A stretch of DNA of 40,461 nt from Jimgerdemannia flammicorona (lineage: Eukaryota). Under the pieces are notes generated by a model that saw only the letters and a program-made list of their open reading frames with translations, was not told where the DNA came from and did not search any database. Location: NCBI GenBank assembly GCA_003990765.1, contig RBNJ01000120.1, positions 1 through 40,461 of the forward strand, in the 5' to 3' direction. Below are positions 12,282 through 25,294 of this stretch, piece by piece. The first letter of the stretch is position 1. Each line of letters begins with the position of its first letter. A program made the position numbers and the translations under genes.

Positions 12282-14054
12282 TTAGGCGACAAACTTCTTG
12301 CCTTTCTCGATGTTATCCCGAAGCTCGGGAATCGCGGCGGCGATTAAGGACTCTTCGTAGGGCGAGAGCTCACCAAGACCGTGTATTTTCTCGACACCGT
12401 TGGGCTACGGTAACGGTGACAAACCAAAGATAATCAGCATGGTGAGAACTCTGGTCGTAGGTAACAGTCACAGGAATACGCGGAAACAAGAGACACGTAC
12501 ACCGAGGTCAACGTTTGAGGCAAAGAACTCGATGCCCTCATCGGCAAACAGGGGAGACTGGACATAGGTAGGCTCAGTGACAGTCTTCTTGCCAGAAGCG
12601 GCTGAAAAATGGTTGGGTAATAGGAGGAGATATATGTTAAATACGAGATACAATCAAGTGAGTCAAATGGCACACCATGTATGTCGACACATGTAATCAG
12701 TCAATCTTCGTTTTGGTGGCTTAATATACTTCAACTCTGCTGTTATCACATCGATTTCGCCACACAAATAGTAAGAATAAAAAAGGAGCAAAACGGAGGT
12801 TTGGAGAGTTATGCGGTACATACCACTAATCAGCGCGTTTGCGAACTTCGCTCCGGCGAAGGCCATCGAAAGCGTCGCCGAACCAGTACCGTTCTTCGCT
12901 TTGACGACTTCGTCACCGCCAAATTGGATGCGGTGAGTCAGGGCCTTAATCTCGTCCTCAGTGAAAGAATGACTGGACTGGGACAGCAGGGGTACAATGG
13001 TGACGCCCGAGTGGCCGCCGACGACGGTGATCTTGGTTTTGGAGCCATCAGTATCCTTGAGCTCGGAGACGAAGCGCGAAGCACGGATAACATCGAGGGA
13101 GGTCACGCCGAAGAGGCGCTTGGGATCGAAGACACCGTGGAGTTTCAGGACCTCGGCAACAATCGGGACGGTTGAATTGACGGGATTGGAGATGATGAGG
13201 ACGTGGGCCTTGGGCGAGTGCCTAGGGGGAAGGGTGCGCATATATTAAAACGGCGAACAAAATTTTCCGCAATGCTATGGAGTCAGGTCGGTTGACTTCA
13301 CGATTTTACTTCAATTGTAATGCATACTTAGCGATGGCGGTAGCAAGATCGCGAACGATGCTAGCATTGGTGCTGAAGAGGTCATCACGAGTCATATCGG
13401 GCTTGCGGGGGATACCAGCTGGGATGACAACAATATCTGAGCCCTCGAGGGCAGTCTCCAGTCCATTGTTCTCGGGGCCGTGCCCTGTGACCTAGGGAGC
13501 GACATAAAGGTTGATATTGAGCCTCAATTAATGTTCATCGCCCTAAACAGAGGACGTCCTTGACACTGTACCACCCATTACTGAAAGCGAGCGTGCTGGC
13601 AAATCAAAACTCTCGCCCATGGGAGGCGCGCCCAAAGGATTTCTCTGTTCCAGGGTTATGGCTTTTCAAATGCACGTCCGACAGTATGTCTTCCGGTCCT
13701 CTCTTTGAGGACTCTCTCTGGTTGTTATTGTCTTGATACAAATCGAAATATCGCCAAAGTATTTACCACAGCGTTTGTGTTGATATGGCTCAGGTCAGCA
13801 GCAACCCCGGGAGCATTGACGATGTCGTACACGGAGAGGTGGTTAACTTGAGAATTCCGCTTAAGAAGTAGAGAGAGGGGCTGACCAATACCACCAGCGG
13901 CACCGAGAACGGTGACCTTTGTGGATTTCTGTTTGGTCTGTTGATGAAATCACGAGATTACTACAAAGTATGCGATGCATATGGAAAGCATCAGATCATG
14001 TGAGAAGCTTACGGCAGTGGAGAATGCGCGCTTAGCGACAATGGAGGTGAACAT
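12282..14054 (-). CDS. MDH1: Mitochondrial NAD-dependent malate dehydrogenase
   Basis: Presequence [88 protein letters not shown]; ends KGKKFVA*. Confidence 0.96.
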
Positions 14055-14140
14055 TGTTTTTTGGTTTATTTTTGCTGAGGAAGAGAGAAACCAGGGGGGG
14101 CTCGCAAGTCGCGGCGCGTTGGAAAGGAAATCACCATGAG

Positions 14141-14175
14141 CCAATCATCATCGTGGTAAAATGCGATGACGTCAT
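14141..14175. promoter_or_regulatory. CCAAT box and CRE palindrome upstream of MDH1
   Basis: CCAAT at 14141-14145 and ATGACGTCAT at 14166-14175, about 90-120 bp before the MDH ATG. Confidence 0.45.
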
Positions 14176-14242
14176 TCCACCTCCCATCATCAATTTTCTT
14201 GTTACAAAAACAGGGAAAATGCTAGGCTAGTACAGGAACCAC

Positions 14243-17041
14243 TCAAGGTGCAACTATCCGGCCCTTCAAGTACTGCATCACCGCCTTCGTGCCGCCTTCA
14301 AGAATAGCGCGTCGCGGAACACGAAAACTGTGGAGCAGATTTTTTTTTTTTAAAAAAAAAGTCAGTACCATCCATTTACAACCCGAATGTTCTTTAAGTC
14401 TGCTTGGTAACCAAAATTGGGAAGTACCTGTTTCCATCAATCATTAGTGTCTGTATTGAAGTAACGTTTCCAAGCTCCGGTGGCAAATACCCAATGTCGT
14501 TGTTGGACAGATCAAGTATATTTAGATTCGTGAAGCTGGATGCTGTGATCTCCGAAATCCGATTTGACGCGGCCATAAAGCTGGTTAATGCCGGGAACAA
14601 GGTCGTTGTCAGATCGGCGGGTAATGCAGTGAGGCGATTGCTTGTCAAGTTGAGAGTTTGCACAGCTGGAAAAGCGGTAACACCGGAGGAGGATTGGATG
14701 GCTGTGATAAGGTTATGGGACAAGTCGAGAGTTTGCAGATTGGGCAGAACGACATTGCCAGGTAAGGAAACGATGAGTGTGGTGATTTTATTGTGGTGGA
14801 GGGTGAGATGAGTGAGTGTTGTAGAAAAGACGTGGAGGGAGGTCGGGAATTCCGTCATGTTGTTGAACTCTTTAAATGTATGATGAATGACGACAGAAAA
14901 AGAAAAAAAGAAAAACGTTAGACAAGAACACGAGCAAACTACTTTTAACATATCAAATTCACTGGAAATTGATCTTCAACGAACCGAGAGCAATAGACAC
15001 GGGATCAAACGGCACTCCCACTAAATCATCCTCAGACAAACTAGTGATGTTTTTCCTCGGCAGCTCAAGAGTGCGTGTGGAGTTAGCTTGCTGCGACTGC
15101 GCTGGTAGACTCGACTTGGAAGCCGCTGCGGCTGCATTACGAGTAGATGTGGCCGGGTTTGTGAACTCGGCTTTGCTTTTTGGAGCCTTGCCCATGCCAA
15201 GGCCACCAAAAATTTCGGCTGCCTCTTGGACGTTGATGTCTATCAGCATATAGAATACCGAGAAAATAATAATAATGACGATATATGAGACTCACCATGG
15301 TATCACATAGCAGAGTTCTCAAGCGACAATGCACATGGGTTAAATATTTTACACAAACCTGGATCAGCTGCTAACCGATCCCGCAGCGACTTCAACAATT
15401 CCGTGGTGCTCCTGCCCACCTTTGGCGCATTCTTGATAGGATTCCCTTCCCAGGTCAAAACACTCAGGCTCTCAAGCAATCCCAGTTCTGCTGGTAAATG
15501 CGGCAGCAAATTTCCCGCGACATCAAGGCGATTCAAGGTACGAAGCGTCAATAGCCCATCCGGTATTTCCACGAACTTGTTACCTTGCAGGTCGAGAGTC
15601 ACGAGATCAGGGCACGTGTGTAGCAAGGGCCCTAGAGAAGCGAGTTGATTTCTTGCAAGCAGAAGTTCTTTGAGCTTAGGCAGTAAAACGGGTGGGCGGA
15701 AAAGCGAGCTGCTGTTGGCGGTGGCATTGCCACTATCAAAATTTTTTGGCTGAGGAGCGTCGTCAATGCGGGTGATTTTATTTTGGCGGAGATCGAGGTA
15801 GTGTAGAGTTGGAAAGGTGACGTTATCGAACGACTGACCGAAACCTAATATCATGATGGGTTGACAGCGTGGAAAAGAGTAATGGTTGATTATAGGGCTC
15901 ACTTTGAGTGGGTTCGTTTAAAAGCCAGTCCTTACCTCGGAAAGCCACAGTCAATTGATTCTCGGCCGCCTCAAACTCCGCCAGCTTCGTGAGTCTCGCA
16001 AGCACCTCCGCAGACGGCAATGCCGCCAGACGATTCTTTGACAACTTGAGCTTCTTCAAATTCAATAAATCCCCAATTTCTTCTGGCAAACCCGTCAAGT
16101 GATTCTGCGATAGATCAAGGTACTCTATACGGGTCAGTCGGCCGATTTGAGGGTCCACGGACTCAATCTGGTTGCCAGCAAGATGCAATTCGTTCAACGC
16201 TTTCAGTTGAAATATAGGCGATGGCATAGTTGTGAGTCGGTTGTGAGCTATGTTGAGCTGCGTGATATGTTCGAGTTGGCCGAACTCGCGAGGAAGGGTT
16301 GAGATTTTGTTGTTGTGGATCTGTGAACAAGGATTTGCATAGATGAGTTGATCATTGCTCCAGATGGTGATAACTCGTTCTCTAACTACTGGCTTTAGCT
16401 TATTGCCAGACAGGCGACAATATCTCGCAATCTCCGCCCATAGAGATGGGCACATTGCCAACTCGAAGGCAACAATAAATAATAAACAAACATACATCGA
16501 AAACCGTCAATCCGAGAAACTCCTCGCCTATCCTTGGAGATATTTCTTCGATCGCGTTATCAGCGGCAATGAACTTTGTCAGATCGATGGTCTCGTACCA
16601 GGCATCACCGCCAGAGGAGTTGAAATCGATGTTGATTGCCTTGGTGTCCGTGTGGTACATATCCCAGACGGCATTGGGGATCAACGTGAGCGAGCGATTG
16701 GAGATGTTGAGGCGACCTGAGTGTACCCCAAACATTGAAGTAGGAAGGGAAAGCAAAATGCTCTTCAACACTCTTGATCGTTGTCTACCAAGGAAATGCC
16801 TTTTTAACTTCGTGTTTTAAATACAGCTCAACTCACCAGAAGACCTAGCCTGCTTAATTAATCTCTCCAAGCTGAGCCCGCCCGCGGCTTCCTCGTTCAA
16901 TTCATTGTCAGGTCGGGTCTTGTTAGCTCTCTGCTGCGCCATAAAGGACCGAACGCCATCGGAGGACTTACTTCCTGTACGCGAGGAAGAGGTTGTGGGC
17001 CGTGGGGTGCTCTGAGGTGAGAGTTTTTTGGGAGATGACAT
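14243..17041 (-). CDS. Leucine-rich repeat protein, LRRC40-like
   Basis: Many LxxLxLxxN repeats. N-cap LIKQARSSGRLNISNRSL..WYETIDLTKF and C-cap NSFRVPRRAILEGGTKAVMQYLKGRI-type motif match my recollection of LRRC40 termini. Confidence 0.85.
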
Positions 17042-17188
17042 TATTATTGGCAGTGGAGAACAGTGGAGCAAACGCGCTGCAAGGCGATGTCATCGCACCC
17101 TTAAATACTTGGGTGACTGCCATTCCTCAATGATAGAGGGACAAACGCTTAGTCATAAAAACAAAACATTCTCTCTCAACAAATTACT

Positions 17189-18223
17189 ATGTTCACTGGC
17201 ATCATTGAGCATATGGGCACGGTTGTGTCCATCGTCCCACAAGATACCTCCTCCTCTGGTGGGAATGGCTGGAGCGTTACTGTGGGCGACTCCTCCGTTG
17301 TCTTGACCGACTGCCACATTGGAGATAGCATCGCTGTGAATGGTTGGTAAACATGCTTTTGGCTCATCTTACTCTCAACGGTTTTCGTCCGTTTTTCAAT
17401 TCAGAATTCCACCCTTATGATTTATATATGTCTTTGAATTATAGGCACTTGTTTAACTGTTACCGAGTTCGACAAGGATTGGTTTAAGCTCGGTATTGCG
17501 CCTGAGACACTGCGAAAAACGAATCTGGGTATGAATTGGGCAACCTGGCATCCTCTTTAACACATAGAAGCATTGCTGAACCCTGGTTCTTTTCCAATTT
17601 TACGATCAGGTGACCTCAAAGTCGGTGACAAGGTCAACCTCGAACGGGCAATGGCAGCTGGCCAACGTTTCGGCGGGCACATGGTGCAGGTACTATTCTC
17701 TCTGTTTAGATCGTGTGCCCATTGTCCGTCCGAATCTAGACGGACCAAAACAGGGGTCGTCAATAAGCTTGATGGATTGGCTTACACATTATCGCGGCGG
17801 ATATATCACTAATCGATCATATGATTTCAGGGCCACGTCGATTCTCCAGCAACCATTACCTCCATCACCCCCGAAGAAAACTCTCTCTGGTTCCGATTCA
17901 CCCTCCCAGACTCCAGCCTGCTGCCCTATATTATCCCCAAAGGATTTATTGCCATCGATGGCACATCGTTGACGGTCTGTGATGTGAACGATCGCGAGCG
18001 CTGGTTTACCATCATGATGATCGCTCACACGCAGAATCACGTCGTACAGGCAAAAAAGCAAGTGGGAGACAGGGTCAACATTGAGGTGGACATGGTGGGC
18101 AAGTACGCGCTTAAGCACGTTGAGGGGTTATTTGCGGGTTTGACTGGGAAGGGGAGGGAGGGAGAAGAGAGTATATTAGAGAAATTGGTGAGGAATGTGT
18201 TAGAAGAGAAGGGGAAGATTTAA
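17189..18223 (+). CDS. RIB5: Riboflavin synthase (alpha-chain type)
   Basis: Starts MFTGIIE; GDSIAVNGTCLTV; KVNLERAM...RFGGHMVQGHVD; KGFIAIDGTSLTV; VNIEVDMVGKY; 3 introns. Confidence 0.96.
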
Positions 18224-19030
18224 TTTGGTTGTATGAATAGCGATAAACGCCATTCCAGTTACATTCGACTCTGTGGCTGTGCCTTTCCTGGATGGTTGCG
18301 TCATAATTAAAATAAGTAATCCTGACCCTCCTTCTGTCATCGTCGTTCTCATCAACACATCGTCGACATCCCACCGCTATCCTCTCGGTTTTTTACTAGT
18401 GTGAAAGTGAGCTGCCCTCCAACCCTGATTCCATACTGTTCAACCATTCCTCGTTCCACACTAACCGGTGGGTCATACACCTCTTCCTCAGATCTCTGTT
18501 GATCGTCAGTATCGTCGAGACCTGCCACGAATAGTAAACTGTTTCCTCCCTTCGTAAATTGTATATCGATCAAGGTCGTTATATCTGCCGAGCGAAGCCT
18601 ATACCTAGCGGATCAATTTTCAACAAGAAGGCGGGTTTGAGGACCTGATTTCGAAACCGACCCAATATTTTCATTGTCCCCTTGACAACCCAAGCCTACG
18701 GTGGACTATCAAGACGAGGGCATTTGTTTGGGATTACTCAGAAGATCAGGACAAGCAAGCATCCCGTTCAAAACCGTATTGTATCACAATCGGAGACAGA
18801 GAAAACCCCCGCCACTAAGCAGATAACCAGATACGATTATCACCAATCAGAAACCATCACTGGCCTCACTAGCATCGAACCTGAGACGGTACTTTTTGAA
18901 CATCACTAAGCGTTAGAAAGTAGGCAGCAGACATTTTACCCCGCACCATCACACTCTTTTTCTACATTAGCTTGTCTTCCAAACCCTCCCTCGAACGTTA
19001 AGGTTATATACGCAGGAGCGATATTTAATC

Positions 19031-20285
19031 ATGGAATTACCTACATCAACGTCCACGGTTGCGAATCCCATCGATACCGTACACTCTGCCGCGACCTTGC
19101 AGGTGGGCGTTCAGCCACAACCGTTTTTAAGCAAGAACACGAAGGACACGTTAGTTGGATTTATTTTGGGCGGGGTGGCGGCGTGCGGAGCGGTAACATT
19201 TACGAATCCGTGGGAGGTGAGGATTTTGTGTTTAGACAGTTGCCAATGGTGGGGTATATCGTTGCAAGACGTGATTTGGGTGCTAGCCATAATACAATGT
19301 CATGTGGGCCTAATATGAGTTTGTTGATCTCGTCGCTTTAGGTAGTAAAAACGCGTCTTCAACTACAAGGTGAACTTGTACGTGCTGGCAACCTAGCTGA
19401 AACCGCCCGCCCATACCGCAATTCTTTCCAAGCGTTAGTACTTGTGTTTCGTCACGAAGGAATTCGCGGTATACAACGTGGTCTTGGATCAGCGTATGTG
19501 TACCAAATCTGTCTGAACGGCACCCGCCTCGGTCTTTACGAACCCATTCGCAACGGCATAAACGATTTATTCAGCAACGACCACAGCAATAACAACATCC
19601 CGGTTCGCATCGCCTCGGGCGGCATCTCGGGCATTTGCGGCGCTGCTATCGGATCTCCTTTCTACCTTGTTAAAACGCGCATGCAGTCGTATTCTCCCTC
19701 GTTTAGCCAGATTGGGCATCAACATCATTACACGTCCATCTATAACGCGCTCTCATCCGTGTTCCGTGCAGAGGGGGTCCGCGGTCTTTATCGCGGAATA
19801 GATGCCGCGATGGCGCGTGCTGGCGTGGGATCTGCTGTACAGCTGCCGACGTACGATATGACCAAGCAGGTATTACGAACGCGCTTTGGAATGGGGGATA
19901 ATTTCTCGACGCATTTTGCATCCAGCTTGATTTGCGGGTTCTTTGTGTGCTGCGCCATGAATCCGTTTGATGTCATTAGCACACGTATGTATAATCAGAA
20001 AATGGATCCGGTGACGGGACAGGGTGTACTGTATAAGAATCCATTGGACTGTGTGGCGAAGATGCTCCACACGGAGGGAGTTGCTGGGTTGTATAAGGGA
20101 TTTTCGGCGCATTATTTAAGAATCGGGTAAGTGAGACGTTGGTGTTTCTCTTGGTTGTTTTTGCTTTTGCGGAGTGTCGCCCAGCCAATAACAACGGTTA
20201 TGGTTTTGTTGTTAGGCCGCATACGGTGCTGATGTTCATCTTCCTCGAGCAATTGAAGAGGGCGTACCATTCGCAGTTCAATTAA
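19031..20285 (+). CDS. OAC1: Mitochondrial oxaloacetate/sulfate carrier (SLC25)
   Basis: GGVAACGAVTFTNPWE|VVKTRLQLQGEL; YQICLNGTRLGLYEP; PFYLVKTRMQSYS; NPFDVISTRMYNQ; LRIGPHTVL; 3 exons. Confidence 0.92.
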
Positions 20286-20513
20286 GTGGTATCCCATATT
20301 ATAGACTAATGTAACTTACATTGCATATTAAATGGTCTTTTGTAACTATGTACGTACACAACCATGGCAAAATCAATATGGAACAAAGCATCACTCGCAT
20401 GATATAGATACTGCTTTGTTCAAACAAAACACGCGACTGCCAAGCCACCTCCTTACTTTGCCCTGACAAGAAATAGAACATCGCAAAGGCTCTTTTTTTC
20501 CCACTCAACCACA

Positions 20514-21697
20514 ATGACTGCTGACCAACCCTTTTCCGAACAGGAATCGTACTACCAATGGCTACATTTACGCTTTGACTGGAGGGGGCAGTGCGAAGGC
20601 ATGTCGCCCTTGGTGCGGAAGACCGTCGAAGACTTTTTTGAACCTGCAATCTTCTTTGGAGAGGGCACCCAGACCGCGAGGACGCAGTTCTTGCTCGGTG
20701 AGACAACTTGGAGGAAGATCATTTCGCCTTTCTTTATGCTTTTCTCTTACTAACACTACCAATGCTTCGGGTCTATTTATAGGCACCAGCCAATTCGACG
20801 GCCGCCGCTACGTCCTCCTTTCCGAACTCGTAGCTTTGCAGCTGCGGTCGCTTCTCACTAACCTTTTGAATCGAAAAATCACCCTCACGGAGCCCAAAAC
20901 TTACTCGCACACCTACCACGACCTTCAACCAATCGTTTTCGAGTCAAAAAAGGTATACTTCAAAACTATGGAAAAGCTCAAGAATATCAATAAGGCGATC
21001 AAGACGAAGGAACGTCTCGAAAACCTCCAAAGCCAATGGCATCGCGCCGCGCAGCTGGTTTCGGAGAAGAAATACATTTTCCTATCTGTAGACATCGAAG
21101 CTTGGGAACGTGATCACTCGCGTCTCCTCGAGATTGGGTGGACACTGTACGATTCACAACGTGAGCAGCTGCAGGATCAACATTACCTGATTTCGGATTA
21201 TCGCCATCTCACGAACGGTAGCTTTGTTGCAGACCGGAAGCAAAATTTCATGTTTGGCACCTCGGTGTGGTCGACGCTGCAAGAGGCTCTGCACGAGCTG
21301 AACAAGGATCTGGCGTGGGCGGTCGACCGTGATGGAGGAGTTGTGCTGGTGGGGCATGACCTCAAGTCAGATATCGTTTATCTGGAGAAGGTCGGGGTCA
21401 TGTGTGGCGAGAGTAATGAAAATGTCGTGGGCCGGTTTGACACGGCGGAAATTTATGCAGCGAAGAATAAGGAACCGAATAATCGGGCCAGTTTGGGCAA
21501 GGCGTTGGACGGTTTGGAGATGGAGAATTGGTGTTTGCATAATGCAGGTGAGTATTCGGGGTTGATACTTTTGTGGGCGCATCAAAGGTTGGAATTTTCC
21601 TCAAATCCTCCGTTCATATTTTGCAGGAAACGACGCCCACTACACCATGGAATTGTTCCTCAAGCTCTGCGACCTCTTACTCGCTGCCGGAAGTTGA
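20514..21697 (+). CDS. Gfd2/YDR514C/QIP-like RNase H-fold DEDD 3'-5' exonuclease, 3 exons
   Basis: Motifs FLSVDIEAWE..LLEIGW, NGSFVAD...F.FGTS, LVGHDLKSD, FDTA, SL...L..L, and LHNAG|NDAHYTM across the last intron. Confidence 0.85.
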
Positions 21698-21900
21698 GTG
21701 ATATATGCACATGGTTGATAATATGTATATGCTCGAGAGAAAGACACTGCTCAAGCCTCACCCTGTACATACATATACATACAGTCTTCCTGTTATGAAA
21801 TAAAGCGACTTGTTAGTGGCTGATTGGACTGGGGTGACTGTTGTTTCTCTCCAAAAACCAGCGAATTTGTCGGATTCCTTTCTTACCTGACAGAACTCCG

Positions 21901-24191
21901 ATGCCGATGCCGTCCGAACTTTCCCAACCCAACGAACCCATCTCGGCAGCATCCACCTCCGCAACTTCCCGCCGCACTACCACCACCAGGCAACCTGCCC
22001 TCGACGAACAGGACAGCACCGACGACTCCTCGGCCAGCACCGGTACTACAACCCGCACCCGCCGTCCGCACCACAGGAAGTCCGACCGCCTCTCCACACC
22101 AGACCCGGAAAATCCGCCCTCGCCTTCCAATTCCGCTGCCGCGAGGCGACGCAGCCCACGACTTAGCCGCGGAACTGCGAGGGGCGACGCTATGCTCGAC
22201 GGGGAGACGAGCGAAATCGTTTTGCGCGACTTGCGCAAGAATAAGGAGTTTGTTGACGAGGAAGACGGAGAAGAAATGGCAGTCGGGATGAGCATAAGGA
22301 GAAAGGCAGGGGATTTTGGTGGGAGGGAGGAGGGAGATTACGCCGAGGGAGTTAACGGCACCGTTGAGGCCTCGTCGGGGGGACACACGGCTGCATCGGC
22401 CCTCTCGAGAAAGGATATCGGAAACATCACCCTGCTAGTCGTCTTGTGTAAGTACACAATACCCCGTCGGGTTGGTTCGGCTCACTTTGCAATGGAGCAC
22501 ACCTCATTCAATATCCTCCCCTCTTCCCAGATCTCCTCCAAGGCATCCCCGTGGGCTTGAGCTTCGGCTCGATCCCCTTCCTCCTTAAGGCGCGGCTCTC
22601 CTACTCTCAGATCGCCGTCTTCTCCCTCTCCTCCTGGCCCTACTCTCTCAAACTTCTCTGGTCGCCTGTCGTCGACTCCATTTACTGGCCCTCATTCGGC
22701 CGGCGGAAGAGCTGGATCGTGCCAATACAAATCCTCACGGGAGTGTTGTTCCTGTGGTTGGGAGCCCATATCGATGGCTGGTTGGCGGAGGTGGGTTGAA
22801 TGGAACTGGGGCAGGAGGCAGGGTTGGAGAGAAATAGAGAGGGCGGGGAAAGTACGGATGTTGTACTTTCAGATCTTTGTGGGAAAACGGGGTTTGACAC
22901 GGTTTACGGGACTTAATGATGAGAGTATCAAATAATATGTTTTCAGCGAAAGCGACCAGCACCGTAGAAACGAAAAAAAGTACCCGACCTCACCGATATC
23001 CTCTCTCCGCATACCCTCCTCCCAAACAGGACCACGTCAACGTCCACGCCCTGACTCTCATCTTTTTCTCCACCATTTTCTTCTGCGCGACCCAAGACAT
23101 CGCAGTCGATGGCTGGGCCCTCACCCTACTCTCCAAATCCTCTCTTTCGTACGCCTCCACCGCCCAGACTGTTGGCCTCAACACGGGATACTTTCTATCC
23201 TTCACCGTCTTTCTCGCGCTCAACTCGGCAGAGTTCTCAAACAAGTATCTTAGGGCCTCTCAAGCATCTGAGGAATTGGGAGTGTTGCGGTTGGGAAGCT
23301 ATCTGATGTTTTGGGCGGTTATGTATTTTGTTATCACGGCATGGTTAGTCGTGATAAAGAAGGAGGTGAGGAATCCTTTTGTAATATACATTTTTCGAGG
23401 CAAAGAGGAGGGGGAGGATTTATATATGAAGTGATTACGTCTACGTTCTACGTGCAAATTGTGTGACGTAATTCCTGTATTAACGGAGGTGATAGTTAGT
23501 GCCAAAAAATAGCTCCATACGAAGAGTTCTCTTTCCGCGCGGCGGATTGGTTACAGTAGCATGTTTTATTGTCGAATTTGTGACTCACGAACCACCTGTC
23601 TTTCCTTATCATCTTCCTAACCTCCCGGTATTAGGAACCCACTACCAGCGATGAGGATCTTGGCATCAAAGGAGTGTACACTACAATCTGGAAGATTTGC
23701 AAACTACCGCGTACGTCCCATCTTTTCCTTCCCTTTTTTTTTTTGCTTTTGTCGGTGCTATTAATTATAATAATCTCACCCATCTCCACTCCAATTCTGG
23801 CAGATATGAAATCTTTCATTCTCGTCCTTCTGACCTCCAAGATCGGTTTCATTGCTAACGAGGCCGTCACGGGACTCAAGTTGCTCGAAAAGGGATTCTC
23901 AAAGGAAGACCTCGCGCTCGCCGTCCTCATCGATTTTCCGTTCCAGATCTTGTTTGGATATTATGCCGCCAAATGGAGTAGCGGGGTTAGGCCGTTGAAA
24001 CCGGTGAGTGTGTGGTGGAGTGAATAGGGAGAAAAAGGCGGATATGGAGGACTGGACTGAATGATGAAAGGGAGAGATTATTTGAATTGATAAGTAGGGA
24101 ATTGGGTTGGTGTTGGCGTCGTGGTAGCGCGCTGATGACAGAAACCTTCTTTCGTACGTTAATATATTCTTCCCTTCACCCTCCCCTCACC

Positions 24192-24222
<31 letters not shown>

Positions 24223-25294
24223 GGCTTTACGCCTTCTATGGCCGTCTCCTCTTCGCCGCCCTAGGCATGGCCGTTGTGCGCTTCTATCCAAGCGACGGCC
24301 ACGTTACTGCCTTCTACTTCTGGGTTATTATCGCCTCCACTGTCCTCTCCAGTTTCATGTCCACCGTCCAATTTGTCTCCATATCGGCGTTCATGACCAC
24401 CATCGCGGATCCAGTTATAGGGGGGACATATATGACGGTGGGTTGGATGAGTCAGCGGTGTGTGTGGGATAAGTAAGAGAGGAGGAGAGAAAGAAAGTAT
24501 TGCGGAAAAGGTGGGATGTATCGCCTTGGAATTGACAAGCGTAACGATAGATGAGTGGGCGAACAGGAGGATGAGTATTTTACTGATACACTAACTGCTT
24601 ACTGATTGAGAGGTTCATTTGTATCATCTTCCGTGCTCCACCCCGTGAACGCAGCTCCTCAATACCTTCAGTAATTTTGGCGGTACCTGGCCAAAATTCT
24701 TTGTTCTTGAGGCCGTTGACTACTTCACCGTTGCCACATGCGACGTACCGGAAACGAATGGCTCGGGTTTGTATTATTTCTTCCCGTTTGATTGTCGCAA
24801 AAAAAATAAAAAATAATAATAATAATAATAATAATAATACAGTTAACAAAATACCCTTCGCCCTCTCTTCCGGTTTTCGATCGATACTGACCCATCTACC
24901 CCCGCCTAGCCCTCTCATGCGTCTCCGAGGCTGGCAAGACACAGTGCCACGACTTGGGTGGCACGTGCATCACCGAGCAGGATGGTTACTATTACGCGAG
25001 CACCATATGCGTTGCCATTGGGTTGGCGATAATGCTGGCGTACGTCAGACCAACCGTGCATTATTTGGAAGGTTAGTGTTGTCATCCATTAATCTCTTTC
25101 TTTCTTTTATTTTTATTGGGGGAGGAAGGACTTCGTACTGGGGATTTGCCGAAAGGCATTGTTCTCGGCTTTCAGTCTCTGGCAGCGTTAGTTTGGTTCC
25201 AATTCGATTCCGATGTTCGGATAATACCATATTGATTTGCACCCTTCTTCCCACAGGCCTACCTAAGAATATGTGGAGGCTGAATCGGAAGTAG
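21901..25294 (+). CDS. Acetyl-CoA transporter 1 (SLC33A1/AT-1 family, MFS)
   Basis: LLQGIPVGL; WPYSLKLLWSPVVDS; GRRKSWIVPIQ; ATQDIAVDGWALTLL; YASTAQTVGLNTGYF; DPVIGGTYMT|LLNTFSNFGGTWP; multi-exon. Confidence 0.93.
24813..24839. repeat. (AAT)n microsatellite, intronic
   Basis: About 9 AAT units. Confidence 0.85.

Noticed and set aside
12680-12752. C/D-box snoRNA in an MDH intron (minus-strand GTGATAA...CTGA)
   Set aside because: Imperfect C box, too short, and no recognisable rRNA guide.
18352-18573. Short minus-strand ORF between RIB5 and OAC1
   Set aside because: No ATG start, recognisable motif or convincing gene structure.
11179-20285. Mitochondrial or flavin metabolic gene cluster (uS15m, MDH1, RIB5, OAC1)
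   Set aside because: These are common housekeeping genes from different pathways, interleaved with unrelated genes; proximity is not evidence of clustering without synteny data.
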